NCBI RefSeq assembly: GCF_022539665.2
Contig: NC_081331.1
Span: 1,116,001-1,180,000, forward strand
Length of the DNA: 64,000 nt
Source: Daphnia carinata
Taxonomy: Eukaryota
Direction: 5' to 3'
The translations under genes and the position numbers were made by a program. The notes under the pieces are model-generated. The model did no database searches. It was not told the DNA's origin and saw nothing but the letters and a program-made list of their open reading frames with translations. Shown here one piece after another: positions 61,191 to 64,000 of this stretch (its first letter is position 1; every line of letters begins with the position of its first letter).

Positions 61191-64000
61191 ATGTCAGACA
61201 GCTTTTCAAAGATTGACTTTGATCATAATTGGCTGCCTGAATCAGCAGTTTCCCTTACTCTTGATTTGGGCCCTTTTGAAACAGTTCATAAATGGAAACG
61301 CATGCCAGATTGTGATGAATTTGTTGGTTTCAAGTAATCTGAAATATCATCCCTACTGAGAGATTTGATGATCATCTATTTTATTGCAATTTGCAGAAGG
61401 AGCAAGCACACTATAGTAGCACACCAGGAAGCTATTTATGTTTTTGGAGGCGATAATGGAAAAAACATGCTTAATGATTTGCTAAGATTTGATGTCAAAG
61501 AACAATCATGGGGAAGAGCATTTTCCACCGGGCAGCCCCCTGCACCGCGATATCACCATTCAGCTGTGGTCAGTTAACATGCAAAGAAGAAGTAGAGGAT
61601 TTGTTAATATATTTTGTGTGACTAGGTGCATGAGTCATCAATGTTTGTATTTGGTGGTTATACTGGGGATATTCATTCCAACTCAAATCTTACAAACAGA
61701 AATGATTTGTTTGAGTATCGCTTTCCCACAGGGCAGTGGGTTGAGTGGAAGTTTGTAGGAAAGTAAAATATTATGTGTGATTTGTATATTGCTTGTCCAT
61801 TGCCTTACATTTGGCAATTCTTACACAGGACGCCAGTGCCTCGCTCTGCGCACGGTGCAGCCGTACATGGAGGCAAACTTTGGATATTTGCAGGCTATGA
61901 TGGGAATGCTAGATTAAATGATATGTGGACAATTTCGTTACTGCCGGTAACATCTTATTACTTTTTCAGAGAAAAGGAGGAAAATATTAAAGTTATTCGT
62001 GTTGAATTAGGGAGAACCGCGAACATGGGAAGAAATTGTCCAGATTGGAGAATGTCCACCGACTTGTTGTAACTTTCCTGTTGCTGTGGCACGCGATTCT
62101 ATGTTCGTTTTCAGCGGCCAAAGTGGAGCCAAAATTACAAATAATCTCTTTCAGTTTCATTTTAAGAGCAAATGGTACGAACTATTATTATATTGATCTT
62201 TCTTACATATTCAAATTCTACTCTTTTTCTAGCTGGACACGTATCACGACGGACCACATCTTGCGATGTGCACCTCCACCTCCAACACGCCGCTATGGGC
62301 ATACTATGGTATTACACAGTCAAACTTGAATTAACAAAATAAACATTAAGGTCTTCGTTTCAGGTTGCTTATGACCGTCATTTGTATGTTTTTGGTGGAG
62401 CAGCTGACAGTACTCTGCCGAACGATCTGCACTGGTACGTTTTTGTTCTTATATCTTAACTGCTAATTTGTTGTGTTATCGAAGTCCAACTAAAATTCTT
62501 TTGTTTTTTTCACTAGCTTTGACTTGTGTACACAAACTTGGTCAGTAATTACGCCATCTGCAGATTCGCACCAAATTCCTTCGGGTAGACTGTTTCACGC
62601 TGCTACTGTAGTTGGCGACGGAATGTATGTTGTTATGGATGATCAAAATCGAATCTATTAAATTTATTTCGTCAATGAGATTAGGTATGTTTTTGGCGGA
62701 ACAGTTGACAATAACGTTCGCAGTGGAGAAATGGTTCGCTTTCAATTTTCAAGCTATCCAAAAGTAAGTTTTGCTAAGATTTTTGCACCCTTTTGTTATT
62801 TGTTGCGCTAGAATTTTACACGCTGACTGGATTCACTGTAATTTCATTTGATAGTGCACTCTTCACGAAGATTTTGGAAAGTTACTCGAAACTCGCCAAT
62901 TCTGCGATATCGAATTTGTTGTGGGACCGGATGAAAATACTGTTCGCGTACCTGCCCACGTAGCTCTTGTTGCCGCTCGGTCGCAATGGCTCAGGACTCG
63001 AATTCGTCAAGCAAAAGAATCTCGTGATAAACATTTGGAGAAGGTGTGTGAAAGAAAATTTTTCTTAGCTTTGGTAGCGAATGTCTTATGCTAAATCTGT
63101 TTGCAGGTTTTTGGTTCCTCCTTCGTTCCGTTCAAAGATTTGCCGCTTCTGGAAGTGCGATTAAGAGAAGCTGTTCCGGAGGCATTTGAAATGGTACTTA
63201 ACTTCATATATACAGGTTTACACCAACAAATATGAGAAAGCGAATGACAACCAATTAAAAATTTTTTTTTTTTTTTTATGTATTCTATCACAAATTTCTG
63301 AACCAAGATTCTATTGACCCTACGTTGAAAAGTGAGTTCTTTTTGTATTAAGTAACAGTTCTATGGCAACATTTAATCCTGTTAATTTTACTTTCGCAGC
63401 GGGAAAAGAATCAGCAACTAGTAATCGCGTTGTTTTGCTCATAATGGACGTTTACCGACTGGCTGTTCAGGTAACTCATTGGACATTAGCTTGGAACTTT
63501 TCAATTTCTATTAACTGCCATTTTTACAACTCACTAGTTCCATATGCGTCGATTGGAGCAATTGAGTGTACAATATCTAGAATCTATTATCAACCATCGG
63601 AACGTGTTGGCAGCGTTAGCAAATGCCACCACCTTGCGATTATACTTTATCAAAGAATTTTGTCTACGCTTCGTTGTCAAAGAATCAAATTATAACGCCA
63701 TCGTCATGAGCAATGAATTCGAGACCTTAGATCAACCTTTAATGGTAGAAATCATACGGCGAAGACAAGTGCCGCATGTACGTGCGCCCGTTGAGCCACA
63801 GTTTGATAATACAGGTAGTTGCTCAACTAAACCGCTTTCTGTGGTTTTTGAGTTTTACGTATTAACTGATTTGTTTTGTTTTCATCAGGCACAAATCTCG
63901 AACAAGACATGGAATCATTTGTACGTTCAATAGGAAAAGAATTTTGTGATGTTACACTGGTGCTAGAAGGAACATCCATTCCGGCGCATAAAGCCATTCT
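61191..64000 (+). CDS. LZTR1: Leucine-zipper-like transcriptional regulator 1 (Kelch-BTB-BACK CUL3 adaptor), truncated by the right window edge
   Basis: [119 protein letters not shown]...[10 protein letters not shown], and a second BTB starting FCDVTL...PAHKAI at the edge. Many short introns. Confidence 0.96.

Overview
Eukaryotic, intron-rich arthropod genomic DNA. Short 60-80 nt introns, long A/T runs and the gene content suggest a branchiopod crustacean such as Daphnia (inference). Genes rebuilt by hand from GT-AG splice sites and reading frame: an unidentified, largely disordered protein (- strand, running off the left edge); a COX14-like ORF followed only 13 nt later by methylmalonyl-CoA epimerase (MCEE), both +; INO80D (-); GOSR2/membrin (-); a group IV chitin deacetylase (CDA5-type, -, about 14.6 kb); beta-mannosidase (MANBA, +); and LZTR1 (+, running off the right edge). 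Non-coding elements include a composite foldback/MITE-like palindrome just upstream of COX14, a 102-bp tandem duplication and a tRNA-headed SINE-like element. Two signals stand out. (1) A likely dicistronic or alternative-acceptor COX14-MCEE unit, in which the COX14 stop codon could also serve as a 3' splice site. (2) A pair of 226-nt mutually exclusive active-site exons in CDA5, whose flanking introns carry competing long-range complementary elements in a docking-site/selector layout. All gene names come from recalled motif similarity; no database search was run.
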